From Octopus bimaculoides (Eukaryota): 64,000 nt of DNA. Numbering within the stretch: the stretch's first letter is position 1; each line of letters starts with the position of its first letter. A program made the position numbers and the translations under genes. The notes beneath the pieces were generated by a model. That model did no database searches. It was not told where the DNA came from and saw nothing but the letters and a program-made list of their open reading frames with translations. Shown piece after piece: positions 37,995 to 51,868 of the stretch. Location: NCBI RefSeq assembly GCF_001194135.2, contig NC_068982.1:52537296-52601295 (forward strand), read 5' to 3'.

Positions 37995-38372
37995 GAAACT
38001 CTTATCTTTTGTTTTTTACTTATTTCAGTCATTTGACTCCAGCCATGCTAGGACATCACCTTGAAGGGTTTTAGTCGGACAAATCGATCTCAAGCCTTAT
38101 TTCGTTAAGCCTAGTACTTACTCTATTGGTGTTTTTGTGCCGAACCGCTAAGTTACGAGTACGTAAACACGCCAACACTGGTTGTCAAACGGTGGTGGGG
38201 AACAAACTCAGATACAAAGAAAAACACACATAGATATGCATGCATATACGACAGGCTTCTTTCAGTTTCCGTCTGCCAAATCCACTCACAAGGTTTTGTC
38301 GGCCCGGGGCTTATAGTAGGAGATATTTCGTCAAGTGGGATTGGATCCACAACTATGTGGTTGGGAAGCAAG
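37995..38372 (-). mobile_element. Composite SINE, family 3
   Basis: Reverse complement of the 49966-50362 modules. Confidence 0.8.
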
Positions 38373-38387
38373 CTTCTCAACACACAA

Positions 38388-38448
<61 letters not shown>

Positions 38449-38462
38449 TATGTATATGTATA

Positions 38463-38500
<38 letters not shown>

Positions 38501-38504
<4 letters not shown>

Positions 38505-38840
38505 GGTGCGTGGCTCAGTGGTTAGAGCGTCGAGCTTACGATCGTGAAGTTGTGAGTTCGAATCCCGGACCGGGCTGCGTGTTGTGTTCTTGTTGAGCAA
38601 GACACTTTATTTCACGTTGCTCCAGTTCACTCAGCTGTAGAAATGAGTTGCGACGTCACTGGTGCCAATCTGCATCGGCCTTTGCCTTTCCCTTGGATAA
38701 CATCAGTGGTGTGGAGCGGGGAGGCTAGTATATGCATGGGCGACTGCTGGTCTTCCATAAACAACCTTGCCCGGTTTGTGCCTGGGAGGGTAACTTTCTA
38801 GGTGTAATCCCATGGTCAGTCATGACCAAAGGGGTTCTTT
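38501..38840 (+). mobile_element. CORE-type SINE with a further distinct tail
   Basis: GAAGGTGCGTGGCTCAGTGG..GAGTTCGAATCCC..TTGAGCAAGACACTTTATTTCACG, then a tail not seen on other copies here. Confidence 0.85.
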
Positions 38841-39092
38841 ACCCTACAGTCATCCTTATACCGTCGATTTGCACGTGCGCGTATGTATGTATGAATGTAT
38901 GTATGTATGTATGTATGTATGTATGTATGTATGTATGTATGTGTGTGCGTGCGTGTGTGCGTGCGTGTGTGTGTATGTATGCACGTACGGATGTACGTTT
39001 ATATTTTATTTTTTAGTGCATTTATTCATATCTATCTATCTGCCAATAGGTGAGTATATGCATATACATATTTTTGTATATATACATACATA

Positions 39093-39129
<37 letters not shown>

Positions 39130-39530
39130 ACACACACACACACATATATATATATGCGAGTAAAAATAAATACAAAAAAAGGTGGGTTTTTTTGTATGAT
39201 TGTGTATAGAGGAATATATTATTTTGTTTAAAAGAGTTCCAACACTGTCTGTTTTTTATGTTTTATTTATATTCCTGCAGAACTAATGTGGGGTATAGAA
39301 TATGGAATATACAATATATAATATAATATACAATATCCAATATAAGATAAAATAAAATAAAAATGGATGGCACCATGAAAGAAAGTATTGAATGTAGATG
39401 AAATATTGAGTGTTCAATATAANNNNNNNNNNNNNNNNNNNNNNNNNNNNNNNNNNNNNNNNNNNNNNNNNNNNNNNNNNNNNNNNNNNNNNNNNNNNNN
39501 NNNNNNNNNNNNNNNNNNNNNNNNNNNNNN

Positions 39531-39990
39531 CTTTCCCTCCTTCAAACGAACCCATAGCCTGCGTGACCTCCAGGTCTGCAGTTTCTTCCCTACCCCCTCT
39601 CCCAGCCTGGGTCTTTCCCCTTCTCCTGCCCACGATGTCGCACCTGCCCTTACCTCTCCCAAACCACCATCCTCACATGCACCCATCACTATCCTTATCA
39701 CGTCACCAAATCCTTTAGCTGCACCTCTAGTAATGTTATTTACTGCATCACCTGCTTTCTCTATCTTTTCCTGTGCATTGGCTGACCGGTTCGTGGAGCA
39801 TCTCTGAGACATCAGACTTGGCAATGATGCCTCGGTCTAGGGCCACTTCTGCTTTATCGGTCATTAGCTACAACATCTGTCTGTCTTCGGACTGTCTCTG
39901 CACAGGGGTCACCTGGACTCCCGCCTTCAACACAAACAAGAACTAATCTTCTCTTTTCACTCCTTTGCAGCATTTCGGCTCAGCTCACCT
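39531..39990 (+). pseudogene. Penelope-like element GIY-YIG endonuclease relic
   Basis: SFKRTHSLRDL..CPRCRTCPY..VTKSFSCTSSNVIYCITC..LADRFVEHL*DIR..GHF..VFGLSLHRG..KQELIF; typical PLE C-terminus. Confidence 0.85.
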
Positions 39991-40782
39991 CTCTTCATCG
40001 GACACTAACCGCTGTCAGATCCCCACACAACTCTTACATTCAACTTCCACCTCTACCTACACACCTGCATACCGCCTACCTCGGTACCATCAGCACTCAT
40101 GCACCACTATACAAACATCCATATACTGTTCAACTCATCACCCACTTCACACACCATTACACACATACCCAAAGCACCTTCCCACAACACCTTCCCACTG
40201 CACACATACTAGCAGCGACCACGTCTCAGCACCCACACCACACCCCATTATGCACACAACCACACACAATCTTCAATAGCGTCACCACACATACCACTAT
40301 ACGAGCAGCCATACACACTATTTAACTCAGTACACATACCTTCATGCACACTCCCACATTCATACAAGTACGTAATACCTGAACACAGGCAATATATACC
40401 CACACGCAATACGCATAAACGCACAAACACACTATGCACATGCATATTATTTGGTCACAGTCACACACATACACACATACACATGTGCACACACCACTTG
40501 AAAAATCACACACCAACAGCTACACATAACACATATGCACACACACGTCAAACTCACTCTCCTCAATTCACGCACACACACTCACACACTATTCTCACAT
40601 GCACACACGCTCGCACACCTTAGTTCGTTGGGATCACCATTATTATATCCCTTTAATTCAACCTCTTTTTTATTTTTATCTCCCTTTCATTCAACCTCTT
40701 CTTTTCTAATCATCTCGCTATGTTGCACACAGGTTTATTTTCTCCGTATTTTTTCGTTCTCTCTCCATTTCTATCTCTTACT

Positions 40783-40820
40783 CCTCTCTGTCGCAGAGCG
40801 TAGGCTCGAAACGTAAAAGA
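40783..40820 (+). ncRNA. Degenerate minimal hammerhead motif (family 2) downstream of the GIY-YIG relic
   Basis: CTGTCGC-A-GAGC GTAG GCTC-GAAAC-GTA-AAAGA; stem II is intact but the core has 2 substitutions. Confidence 0.55.
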
Positions 40821-41589
40821 GTTTTCCATTTTCCTCGAGCGTTAAACAAATACGCCTGCTTGTTGTTCCTACACCTGTCTTCGTCTTTTGACTATTTTTT
40901 GTAAATTTGATATATATATATATATATTACAAATTAAAAGGGTAAAGGATTATCAATTTATTAATTAATAAATCAATTAATAATTAATAATTTTTACCAA
41001 GCCCATCGGTATGAAAGCACCATTATTGGTGGAGAACTTATTCAAAAGTTCATATATTTATAAATATAATTAAGGGATCAGCAAAATATTTGCTTCACCA
41101 TATACCGAAGTTCAGAAATAGCAGCTAAATATATGATAGTGAAAATAGGTTGAGGAAGATTGGTATAAGATAAAGTTGCATCCAGCCAGTGTCTATGCTT
41201 GGGGATCACAGACGAGTTCGTCAAGGAGGAGTGAAACAACTTATTGACGATCTTATCATCTCTTAATTCAGATTTAAATATGGACAGTCATCTCTGATAA
41301 CACTAATATGCATCAGATATACTGTAATATACGTCTAAGATCTTAAAATAGGGCATTGATCCCACGTCGTTATATGAGTGTAATATTTATAACATATCTT
41401 GCATTTAATGAAGAGCCATATTGAAGTAATCAGGGCAAGCTGAAGGTGTTCCTTCGTTATCAGTGAGCAGCCCAAGGTGAATGTTAACAGTTACACAACC
41501 TTTTAAGCATGAAGCTCTTCAAATATCTTTACTCTGGCAACATTTTAAGAACAGGTTTGATGTGCTGCTAAAATTTTAATCACCAGTTT

Positions 41590-41642
<53 letters not shown>

Positions 41643-42415
41643 NNNNNNNNNNNNNNNNNNNNNNNNNNNNNNNNNNNNNNNNNNNNNNNNNNNNNNNNNN
41701 NNNNNNNNNNNNNNNNNNNNNNNNNNNNNNNNNNNNNNNNNNNNNNNNNNNNNNNNNNNNNNNNNNNNNNNNNNNNNNNNNNNNNNNNNNNNNNNNNNNN
41801 NNNNNNNNNNNNNNNNNNNNNNNNNNNNNNNNNNNNNNNNNNNNNNNNNNNNNNNNNNNNNNNNNNNNNNNNNNNNNNNNNNNNNNNNNNNNNNNNNNNN
41901 NNNNNNNNNNNNNNNNNNNNNNNNNNNNNNNNNNNNNNNNNNNNNNNNNNNNNNNNNNNNNNNNNNNNNNNNNNNNNNNNNNNNNNNNNNNNNNNNNNNN
42001 NNNNNNNNNNNNNNNNNNNNNNNNNNNNNNNNNNNNNNNNNNNNNNNNNNNNNNNNNNNNNNNNNNNNNNNNNNNNNNNNNNNNNNNNNNNNNNNNNNNN
42101 NNNNNNNNNNNNNNNNNNNNNNNNNNNNNNNNNNNNNNNNNNNNNNNNNNNNNNNNNNNNNNNNNNNNNNNNNNNNNNNNNNNNNNNNNNNNNNNNNNNN
42201 NNNNNNNNNNNNNNNNNNNNNNNNNNNNNNNNNNNNNNNNNNNNNNNNNNNNNNNNNNNNNNNNNNNNNNNNNNNNNNNNNNNNNNNNNNNNNNNNNNNN
42301 NNNNNNNNNNNNNNNNNNNNNNNNNNNNNNNNNNNNNNNNNNNNNNNNNNNNNNNNNNNNNNNNNNNNNNNNNNNNNNNNNNNNNNNNNNNNNNNNNNNN
42401 NNNNNNNNNNNNNNN

Positions 42416-42452
<37 letters not shown>

Positions 42453-42775
42453 AGAAAGAATTAAGAAACGCTTTTTTATATGCCTTGGTATTTATTACGA
42501 TAATATATTAATATGGATTTTTTGATTTCTTGAAAATAATTACTATAAAATTCAGAGGAACGGGGAAAGTTTATTTGCTGTGTTGAGGGTAGAATATAAC
42601 GTTTCTTTGTGCGAATATAAGGAAACTCGGGAAAATATAAAGTTGAAGCGTTGTTTAGGTAAGAAACGGGTAGAATCAGCAAAGGGTAGTGTAAAAGAGA
42701 GAGACGTCAAGATACAGAATAATAAAGCTCAGAATGATTGACAAGAAAACAGGCAGGTAAAATACCTCAAATATT

Positions 42776-42980
42776 CTTTTATACTGTAGGCACAAGGCTC
42801 GAAATTTTTGGGAGGGGGCCAGTCGATTAGATCAAGTCCAGTACGCAACTGGTACTTAATTTATCGACCTCGAAAGGCAAAGTCGACTTCGGCGGAATTT
42901 GAACTCAGAAGGTAAAGACAGACGAAATACTGGTAAGCATTTCGCCCAGCGTGCTAACGTTTCTGCCAGCTCGCCGCCTT
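42776..42980 (-). mobile_element. Young family-1 SINE with a perfect 18-bp TSD
   Basis: TAAAATACCTCAAATATT at 42758-42775 and 42980-42997. Confidence 0.93.
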
Positions 42981-43299
42981 AAAATACCTCAAATATTGAA
43001 ACATAGATGTAGAGATACGATGATAAGTAACGAGGTGAAAGAAATAATGCCTCAAAGAACAAAGCAGATATACAACTACGATGTCAAATTCAGCCACAAT
43101 ATTCAGCTATTAGATAAATTTATGTGATACTGGTGATTTGTTTATTTGCTGTGAATTAAAAAGCACCGCTGAAATCTGTACTATATCTTTTTGCTGCTGG
43201 TGGGATGGATTGTTTAACACTTAAAATTCATATTTAGAAACAGAAGACCATTTAAGTTAGTTACACGCACACACACATTTGTGTGTATGATTTTATGGT

Positions 43300-45840
43300 T
43301 ACCATACAATTTATATTTGTTTTACTTGCCCATATTTGCCCTCCTTGCCTTCATCTCTTCATCAGATGGGTTTCTGCTTCTTTTGCGCTTATGGCTGCTG
43401 TAATCTAGAGCTGTGCATAACCTGTCTCTTCCCGAGCCACATGCAGATGTGGAACCGTTGCGACAATAACAAGTTTAGAATCCTCTCGATTTTGATTGTT
43501 AGGTCATCTGGGACCAGTCCAGCGCAACGTACTAGGGAAACTTAGTGATCATCTAAGTAATAAAGAGACCAGGTGACGTGACAGGAGAGATGACATGATT
43601 TGTCGCAAAACATGTGATTTTGTTCAAGAACATATAATTTTGAGCAATGATATGTACGATCATAAAACTATGGATTTCTTGTTTGCAATTCAACTGTAAT
43701 TTGTCGACTGCATTTTGCATATAGTGTTATAGAGGTGATGACTGGAGTGTGTTGTAGAAAAAAAATGGAGGAGTCTCTGATTATAGATAGCGAGAAGGGG
43801 ATGCAAACAGCAGGGCTGGCTTACAACATTGACTAGAAATAACAACCTAATCAGTTTTAATTCATGCACAACTGTCTTAAAAGATACATTGGACAATGTC
43901 GTGCCTTATATGTAAAAAATGGATGACCAAGCCTAGCACATATCTGTTGTATCTCTTGTCAGTCAAAGCTGTCTTGGGGCTAAACAGCTACAACAACATC
44001 AGCATTGCAAGTTGGAATAGTGCTACTTTTCATTAATGTAGTTATTATAGAAGAAATATCATTGCTATTATCATTGTCTTCGACATCTGCTCGTCACATG
44101 ATCGAATTTGCAACTGTGGTTACAGCTAAAGAGTTACTACCGTTTCTTCCGAGACGCACACACACACATATGCACACACATGCACACAAATACATCCATG
44201 CACACATCTACACACGTAAATTGCATGCACATGCACGCATACAGTTTCACATACGTATACACATACATAGACGTATAGATTTCTGGTAGACTAGCTCTAA
44301 TAACAGACGAAATGATGAATTTGTTGTATTTGTAGCAGTTGCATTTACTGTAAGCTAAATAAAATAATCTGAGGTAGACATTTTCCTACTTTGTGCATTA
44401 TTAAATGGTTTTGAAATTTTTTTCTTCCTTTCTGGAAAATGTAAAAGTTACCATGGCAATATCTGCAACAGCTTGCACATGATACATTTGACAGTTGCTT
44501 ACGTTGTTTCGCTGCATTTGCTGCAGTTATATAATTAATATGTACTACACAAATCAGAGATGCTGAATGTTTTGAAGTCACTTCTGTTAAAATAGTGGTA
44601 ATAAGCCGTATTATTTGATTCACAAGTTAGATCGTGCAAAAAGAAGCAATACAATAGCTGTAAAAGTCTGCAATTCTCATGATTCGGGAATAATAAATCT
44701 GCGATCTTATCCACTCAGTTACTGGAATGCTTTCTAGGGTGTGATACTCTTAGATGAGTGAAAAGGAAAAAAAGAAAAGCAATCACAATATTCATAATTA
44801 TTTTAATGGGAGAGAATTTACAGGGTTATTTCAGAATTTGAAACTGTTCTGGTGATTCTTCTTCTTGGTAGTCTTTCGAGTCCGAGAAAGACGATTCTGC
44901 AATTCCTTGCTGAGCAACATGTACACATGATTTGTTTACAATGATCAAATGTTTGTGCTGTACATGAGTCACTCCTTCTATCAAATCGACATTGCTTGTA
45001 CAGATGATGTACAATGTGCCACACTTCAGATGATGAAGTGATTGCATAGCAAGGTGAAATGAAGATTTTTGTTCAAAATACACAACGCACTGTCCGGTCT
45101 ATGAATTGAAACTACAATCTCGCGATCGTGAGTGCAACACCCTAACCACTAGGCCAAGCACCAGTATTCGGTGATTCTACTGATTTATATATTAGGTGGT
45201 CTGTCATTAGGGATTTTTTCATTAGTCGATGATGACTCACCATATGAAATATCACGAGACGTAGAATCAGAATTGAACCGATCCTCTCCTCTGGTTTCTA
45301 CTCTCACTTGCTGTTGTTCAACTGTAGGTACCTTCTCCAATTTTTTAATATTACATTTAGAGGTCAAGTGTTTGTCCTTTTCTTCAAAGAAGCTTTTTGA
45401 TATATCAAATGACTTCAGTCGTCATCTTCTTCCTTAAGTCTGTCCAGCGTAGTCACTAGACGTCATATAAATAAGCTGCGGCTAGCAAATCGATCATATT
45501 GTTTTTCCCATCCGACTTCGTCTTACAAGACTACAGCTGCAGTTTTCTCTTGGTTTCTTTGAAGTTAGCAATGCATGTTTGAAGAATGGCAGCATGAAAT
45601 CATTTCTCGTGAATTTGGTTGCATTGCTCTAATAGAGGAGCAGCGTCCTCACAGTCAAACAAATTTTGATGTTTCCTTGTTGATTTACTAAACACAGCTC
45701 TAGCTGTCTCATGCAATATGGTGCCTAGATTTTGTTGTCTGCACTCCGTTCATATCTCTTTCCAGAATAAACTCTACATTACTATCTACTAACTTTCTTG
45801 TTACCACTTTAATGGACTAGAATGGTGTGTAACCTCCATG
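43300..45840 (-). mobile_element. Highly degraded RTE-clade LINE interrupted by younger repeats
   Basis: LHETARAVFSKSTRKHQNLFD (EN-RT linker) near 45700; KQCRF..KQIMCTC..IVFLGLER (like QCGF..RQLQEKC..IAFIDLTK) near 44950; weaker C-terminal similarity lower down, in colinear order. Confidence 0.5.
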
Positions 45841-45841
45841 C

Positions 45842-45913
<72 letters not shown>
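45841..45913. repeat. (TATC)n microsatellite
   Basis: Directly visible. Confidence 0.95.
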
Positions 45914-45914
<1 letters not shown>

Positions 45915-46727
45915 CGTTTACATAAATACATTTGTACATACATCTATATACATACATACATACATACATATACATTCACGTATGTATGTGTACGTCCATA
46001 TATATATATATATGTATATATATGTATATATATACGTAAATGTCGAACGATGGAAGTGAGTGCTCAAAACTGCATTGGTGAATGTAATTTCGTTATTTGT
46101 GAATTAAGGCTACCATTGGTTTCCTGTTACGAAAAGTAGGAAATATCTTCGAGTCTTAACAACTTTTCAAGCCGATCACGTGGAGAAAAGTGTATATATT
46201 ATACATAAAAAACATGCATACATATGTATATATGTATACGCACACACACACATACACGAACGAAATATTGTTGCCTTGCCAGCAATTAAATATACGTACC
46301 CATTTGCTAGGGATGAGTTTAATATGCAAATAAGTCTATCCAATTATGTTACGCCGCTAAACCATGTGGATATTTAAGCCAGGTGTTCGTGGGAAGCTGA
46401 TGGATTGGATGAGGGGCTGATGAACCGACGATAATCCTTGAACTACTATTATTGTTTTTTTCTTGTCTTCGATCGCATTGTTTACATAGATGTATTTGTT
46501 TACGAAACGTCATGACTTACAGTGCTGATTCTGAATTTTATAGCAAATCTATACAGAAAACTTTAAAATTTCTTTCTTTCGACATTCGACATTCTTGTTC
46601 TCTTATGCGTTCATTCAGGCGATGAAAAGATTCATTCACTCCCACGCATGTACACATATACACATATACATAGTTGCATGTGAGTGTTTTTATAGCACAA
46701 GTCCACAAATATACAGAAGAGAGATAA

Positions 46728-46945
46728 GCCGATGAGCTGGCAGAACCGTTAGCATGTCGAGCAAAATTCTTTGCGGCATTTCGTCTGTCTTCACATTCTG
46801 AGTTCAAATTTCGTCGTGATCGACTTTGCTTTTCATCGTTTTGGGGTCGATAAAATAAGTACCAGTTGTGCATTACTGAGGTCGATGTAGTCGACTTACC
46901 CCATCCTTCGAAATTGCTGGCCTTGTGCCAAAATCTGAAATCAAT
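46728..46945 (+). mobile_element. Family-1 SINE
   Basis: Consensus match ending GCTGGCCTTGTGCCAAAATCTGAAA. Confidence 0.85.
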
Positions 46946-49900
46946 ATATAGAGGGGGAAACTAAGAATATGAGATGCTCAGACTTCTCTTTGTGGTATCT
47001 ATGACGTAAGTGGTATGTATGCATCTACCTCACAGACCAGCTTATAGATTATGCTTGCTGGAAGATTATCGCTACGCATTTAATCATTCCTCGGTAAGAT
47101 ATGAATTAAGAAAATCTTTTGGAGAAGAAAAGTGAAGAGAATTTCAGCCAATGATGTTGCAGTTTTAATGATGGAAATGATCGAAAACATTGCAATTTAG
47201 AGGAGAATGCTATAATTAAATTCGTACCTCTAGGATCTGAATCGGAATTAACATTGCTTTTCATCCATCTGTCTCGATAAAATAATTACCATAAATGCAT
47301 TTAGATAAGATTACTGAAGATCAACCTCTTATTAAAATTGCCTTATTCCTTGTCAAAAGAAAGCAATATAAAAAAAAAAAACGAGGCTTCTAGATATCTG
47401 TGCGTGTGTGTTTGCGTATAATTCATTTATAGTTTATTTTTAAAAAACCCTCCTCACTAACAACGAACACCAAGTCTTGTTAGAGGACTAATTAAAATGT
47501 TGAAAGCAGAAACTGCAGAAACAATAAAATACTGAACAGTAAAAGCCTTACAGCTTTTTGTTCTGAGCCTTTATTTCTGACTCCGAATTCCGACTTTCAT
47601 TCATCTGAAGATAAAGTAAATACCAGTTATGTAGTAAGGTCGATTTGATTGAATACAACAGTCTCTCTCACAAAATTTCGAGTCCAGTTGTTAATCCCAG
47701 ATATTAATAGTCTTAAAATTGGCATTATATTCTTTTTTAATGTCATGAAAAAAAAAAAAAAAAAATTAACACATTCTTCGTATACACAATGTGTATACTT
47801 TATGTGTAAGAAGCAGCATCCAAATCTTTGAATCGTATCCTATAACATTAAACAAAAGAAGGAATAATTAAATAATGAAATCCTAGATGTATGAAAATAC
47901 AAGAATGCCATAGCTGAAATTCAGATGTCCTCTCTTTGAGAATTCACCCGTGGTTTAGCAATGATAACAACAATCTATCCTAAATAAAGATACTCTGTTA
48001 GTCATGAAAGAGCTTCCTTTTTTTTATTTCGATTCTCTGTAGTTAATTATGAATTACAGTTCTCTATAACATCCAAGTGTCCTGTGTGGTGGCTCTCGAA
48101 ACTTCAAGCTATGGAAACTGTCAACACAAAATCAATAAAGCCAATTTTCCTGGAGAAAGGAATAAAATGAAATTTTGTACTGGAATACTTAACTCTGAAA
48201 CCCGTATTAATATTGAGTTTCTCATACAACCCCCAACAAGGAAGAAAAAATATATAGCCAATTAAGTTCGATCTCCCTTCTTTATTGGTACCTAATTTAT
48301 CAACCATCGAAAGATGAATGACAAAGTTACGGTTCATATGGTGAGATCTGAAATCAGAACATAAAGGGGAGCAAGTAAAGCAAGCATGGGCAACTTTTTT
48401 TCGAGATGCAAGAGATATGACTCATCATGGGGCAGGTCGCACTACGGAAAAACTTCATAGTATTTTAATAAATGTTATTTTCCTCGTGAGATTAGGCACA
48501 TTATCGGAAAGTCCCGTGGGCCGCAGTTTGCCCATGACTAAACTAAAGACTCCAAAACATTTTGCACGTGGTTCTGCCAAATCTATCCATTGACCACATT
48601 AAAACCAGACGAATATTATTAATTCATAACACGTTCTGAGGATAATTCATACTGGGAGCAACGTTGCCTTTCATCCTTCTGGGATCGACAAAAAAAAAAT
48701 ACCTTTAAATTACTGGAGTTGATATTATCATATATTCCTGTTCCCCAAATTTGAGGCCTTCTGTCTATGTAAGAAATCAATATTTATTTCTAATATAGGC
48801 ACACGATTTCAAATTTTAAGGTAGCTTAAATTAATTGTATCGACCTAAGACTTGAGTGGTATTTTATTTTAACAAACTCGGAAGAATGAACAGTAAATTT
48901 GAACCTAGTAAGATTTGAGCCCAGAAACCACCATTGAAGGCAACCCTTAATTGGAACCGTGGTTTAGATCTAATTGCAAAGCCAAGCGAGACTACTGGTG
49001 AACTGCGATCAGAGGGTGAACAATCTGAGATTGCTGTGCTTAATTATTCGCTGTTAGTTAAGTGAACCAAAGCAATGTAGAAAAAAGTGTTATATTAAGA
49101 AACAATGAAATATCAGAGGCATATGTGCAGCTAACTCAGTTCTGTGTGCTCTTCCTCAGCTCGCTTGTTTATAATATTTAACACGATGACAAATATAAGA
49201 GAGAAATCTACAGGCTAATCAGGTTTTGTTTTATATAACACTAACATTCATCAATAACACCAACGTATATCGGGCTAAGTTCTCTTACCGCTTTACTGTG
49301 TGTATGAGTTCTGTGTATGTGTATTGTTGTACGAATGCGAATGGAATTCTGTTGGGTATAGGCTTGGCCAAACGGTTAAAGAGTTCACTTTGCAATTATA
49401 ATTTTATAGGTTTGTTGCCATAAGTAGTACGTTCGTTAAGTATCTTCTATCAAAGCTTTAGGTCAATTCAAATATTTTGGGAGAAATTGCATAGACGTAA
49501 ACAACGAACGGCCGTCGAATGGATTGTACATGAAATTCAATGTGCCAGCTGCATTACATACTGAGTGGAACTGATTAAGCCGATTATATTAAGAGTACAA
49601 ATGTTTGTAAAACACTAACTGCTTACATTATAATCAAATGAATAGATAACTCCATGTCGCTCTGTCTGATACAAATAGCAGTTACTTGTCCCTCATACCG
49701 CACCGTACCGTCTTTATGAGAGATCCATAATATACACTTGATTATCTTAAAGAAAAATGGAATAATCACAGGTTGAATGTCTCTGATCATAGGTAGGCTT
49801 TAATCTCTCAGACTTCTAGGAACGCTTAAATAGATCAATTTACATTTTGATAATTCCTTTAACAGTCCTTTTCCTGCGTCCTTCAACAAATTCGCCATCC

Positions 49901-49965
49901 GTAAAGGCCTCCCCCACCCGCCGTTTCACATTTATATTTGGTGACTTCAGAGCTGGCACATACAT

Positions 49966-50362
49966 AGGCGCAGGCGTGGATGTGTGGTAAGAAGCTTGCT
50001 TCCCAGCCACATGGTTCTACTTTCCGTCCCACTCTGACACCTTGGGTAAGCATCATCTACTATAGTCTCGGGCTGACCAAAGCCTTGTGAGTAAATTTGG
50101 AAACTGAAATAAGCCCGTCGTATATGTGTATATGTATAATCTATGTGTATGTTTGTCTTTTTGTGTTATTGCTTGTCCCCACCACCGCTTGACAACCGGT
50201 GTTGGTGTATTTACATCTCCATAACTTAGCTATTCGGCAAAAGTGACTGATAGAATAAGTACTAAGCTTAAAAAGAAGTCCTGGGGTCGATTGGTTCGAC
50301 TAAAACCCTTCAAGGCGGTGCCCCAGATTGGCCGCAGTCAAATAACTGAAACACGTAAAAGA
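49966..50362 (+). mobile_element. Composite SINE, family 3
   Basis: GGCGCAGGCGTGGATGTGTGGTAAG head through GGCCGCAGTCAAATAACTGAAAC tail. Confidence 0.85.
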
Positions 50363-50719
50363 TACGATTCTGGTTCTTTTATTATGTTCTGAAGACAGCT
50401 TTGTTGAGAAAAGATGGCCTTTTTCAAAATATATTTAGTTAGATCGTAAAAAAGGTCTTTATTCCGTGTCTGATGATGTCTATTGAGATTAAACTCTGAA
50501 TTTCTGTATAGTTTTATGACAGATGGTACTTGTGTCTTTTATAAAACAAATACCAGTTAGACTAAACTTCATTAGAAATAACTTAACTGTCATGATTTTG
50601 GGTAGAAAAGATGGGAATATTCATAGCTCTCGTCAATGGCACTAGCTTATAGTAAATTTTTTCAACGATACGTACTGTTCTTTAAAATAGTATATAAATC
50701 TATATAAATGAAATACAAA

Positions 50720-51868
50720 TACGAGGTACATTTCAGAAGTTTTGGGACTATCATAGGAACTGCAGTTATATCTGATTTAAATTATTGTAATTTTAGTATA
50801 TCGTTACTATGCATCTAACAGTGGAGGCGCGTGGCTGAGTGGTTAGGGTGTCGGCATCATGATCATAAGATTGTGGTTTCGATTCCTGGACTGGGCGACG
50901 CGTTGTGTTCATGAGCAAAACACTTCATTTCACGTTGCTCCAGTCCATTCAGCTGGCAAAAATGAGTAACGCTGCGATGCACTGGCGTCCCGTCCAGCTG
51001 GGGAACACATACGCCATTGAAACCGGGAAACCGGGCCCATGAGCCTGGCTAGGCTTTAAAAAGGGCGCATTAATTTTTTTATTATACATCTAATAAGCTG
51101 ACCTGCAAATTTTTGTTATTCCAGATTGGAAGAGAGAGCTGTAATAGCACTTTGAACACACCCTGCTAAACGCTACTTGTCATAGCTGACCGTTTTGCAG
51201 AATGCAATCCGGACCTAAAAACAATTTAGAACCTTGCTATGCAATAGTTTTGTGTTAAACTGGGCCAAAAACAAATGCTTCAGGAACTTTTGAAATGCTT
51301 CAAACTGCTTATGAATTAACTTATAAGCCGAACATCTGTTTTAGCTGGAACAATAGGCCAGTAAAAGTAAGTCTACCGAGAAGCTCATGATGATCTCTTT
51401 CGACGGGAAGGGCATCATCTACATCAGTTGGGTTCTTTCTGGCTAGACAGTCAATAGATGGTACTTCGCAGATGTTTTGAGGGAGTTCAAGAAGAGATTT
51501 CGTCGCAGAAGCCTAGTGCATCTGCACCAGGACAATGCACCACTCTACAATTCCATCCTGGTAACCTACTATCTGGCAGAGATGGGCATGCAAACCCTCC
51601 TTTACTCCTCCCTACAGTCCAGACCATCTTCCCTGTGACTTTTGATTGTTCCCCAAGCTGAAGAAGGTGAAGGAGGCTGTGACAAGGGTTTTAGACACCT
51701 TCAATTTGGATGACCTCCATGCAATCTTCATTAAGTGGCTGGAGCGCAACAACAAATACATTGAAGTCACAGGATCCTACTTTGAAGGATATTAGAGTTT
51801 TGTACTTCTTTGAAATTAACAAATGCCTCTCTTAAAAAGGTCTCAAAACTTCTGGAATGCCCCCTGTA
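50720..51868 (+). mobile_element. Internally deleted mariner with both TIRs and TA ends
   Basis: TIRs TACGAGGTACATTTCAGAAGTTTTGGGAC / GTCTCAAAACTTCTGGAATGCCCCCTGTA; relic SFDGKGII..LHQDNAP..PPYSPDHLPCDF*LFPKLK. Confidence 0.88.
50821..51070 (+). mobile_element. CORE-type SINE with tail B, nested in the mariner
   Basis: GGAGGCGCGTGGCTGAGTGG head; tail identical in layout to about 11885-11995. Confidence 0.88.

Noticed and set aside
44345-45083. Cys/His-rich ORFs and an 81-nt exon-like segment (44503-44583) suggesting a zinc-finger or B-box gene
   Set aside because: Ligand spacing is not canonical, and the pieces sit colinearly inside the degraded RTE LINE.
45185-45410. Open frame ending at a strong G|GTGAGT donor on minus
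   Set aside because: In-frame stop just upstream and no pyrimidine-rich acceptor.
50390-50500. CTGAAGA and CTGATGA as further hammerheads
   Set aside because: No correctly placed GAAA(C) plus stems I and III.
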